DNA from: Thermoproteota archaeon
Lineage (GTDB): Archaea; Asgardarchaeota; Jordiarchaeia; Jordiarchaeales; Freyrarchaeaceae
Reading direction: 5' to 3'
DNA: 36,964 bases
Assembly (NCBI GenBank): GCA_029258835.1
Contig: JAPDJY010000075.1
Location: 1 to 36,964 of the forward strand
The notes below the pieces were generated by a model. That model had not been told where the DNA came from. It searched no databases and saw nothing but the letters and a program-made list of their open reading frames with translations. The position numbers and the translations under genes were made by a program. Numbering within the stretch: position 1 is the first letter of the stretch; each line of letters begins with the position of its first letter. Positions 36,760-36,964 of this stretch are shown here, one piece after another.

Positions 36760-36964
36760 ATGGAAGCAGTTAAGGCGTTGAAGTGTGTGGAGATTCCATG
36801 CAATCCTCCAGAAGAGGTAATCGAGTTACTTAGTGTGTTCAGGAGCATGGTTAACTACTGCGTCCACGTAGGGTTGGAGAGGGGGGTAAGCTCGAGTAGG
36901 CTTACAAGAGAGGTTTATCACAGGCTGATGGAATATGATCATAGCTGGTACGTTCTCTCAGCAG
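36760..36964 (+). mobile_element. 5' part of a TnpB/IS605-OrfB-like gene, truncated by the window edge
   Basis: ATG abuts the RHH stop and the frame is open to the end: MEAVKALKCVEIPCNPPEEVIELLSVFRSMVNYCVHVGLERGVSSSRLTREVYHRLMEYDHSWYVLSA. 'LL..FR.MVN.C...GL' and 'VY..L....H.WY.LSA' are recalled from archaeal TnpB-like N-termini. RuvC is not visible in the window. Confidence 0.6.

Overview
Gene-dense archaeal chromosomal window, most likely from an Asgard archaeon. The taxonomic call is an inference from a longin-domain/Arf-like small GTPase fusion together with TiaS, Tsr3, CDC48 and Fwd/Mch. Main blocks in order: XPB-Bax1; an smc-scpA-scpB operon; a heat-shock unit (cdc48 plus a Phr/HSR1-type repressor) with a perfect palindromic operator and a long structured 5' leader; tatD; a cutA/nucleotidyltransferase/radical SAM operon; a longin-GTPase; an orphan A/V-ATPase F subunit; divergent pyrI/pyrB; Lhr helicase plus metallophosphoesterase; fwdA-fwdC-mch; and an RNA-maturation cluster (dys, tiaS, tsr3, RNase P RNA, Nip7/PUA-like, NOP2/NSUN m5C methyltransferase). 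The window ends in the start of an RHH + TnpB-like element. The standout observation is in the RNase P RNA gene (about 33516-33919, minus strand): a 19-nt insertion in the conserved J11/12 (CR-II) region folds into a bulge-helix-bulge motif, and cutting at the canonical tRNA-splicing-endonuclease positions restores GGAGCAGAAACGACACG. This is a candidate tRNA-type intron inside RNase P RNA. Other notable points are a +1 frameshift at UUU_CGA in the NSUN gene, a degenerate SMC hinge, and nucleotide-identical Walker A segments in the two CDC48 AAA domains. All product calls come from motif recognition only; no database search was run.
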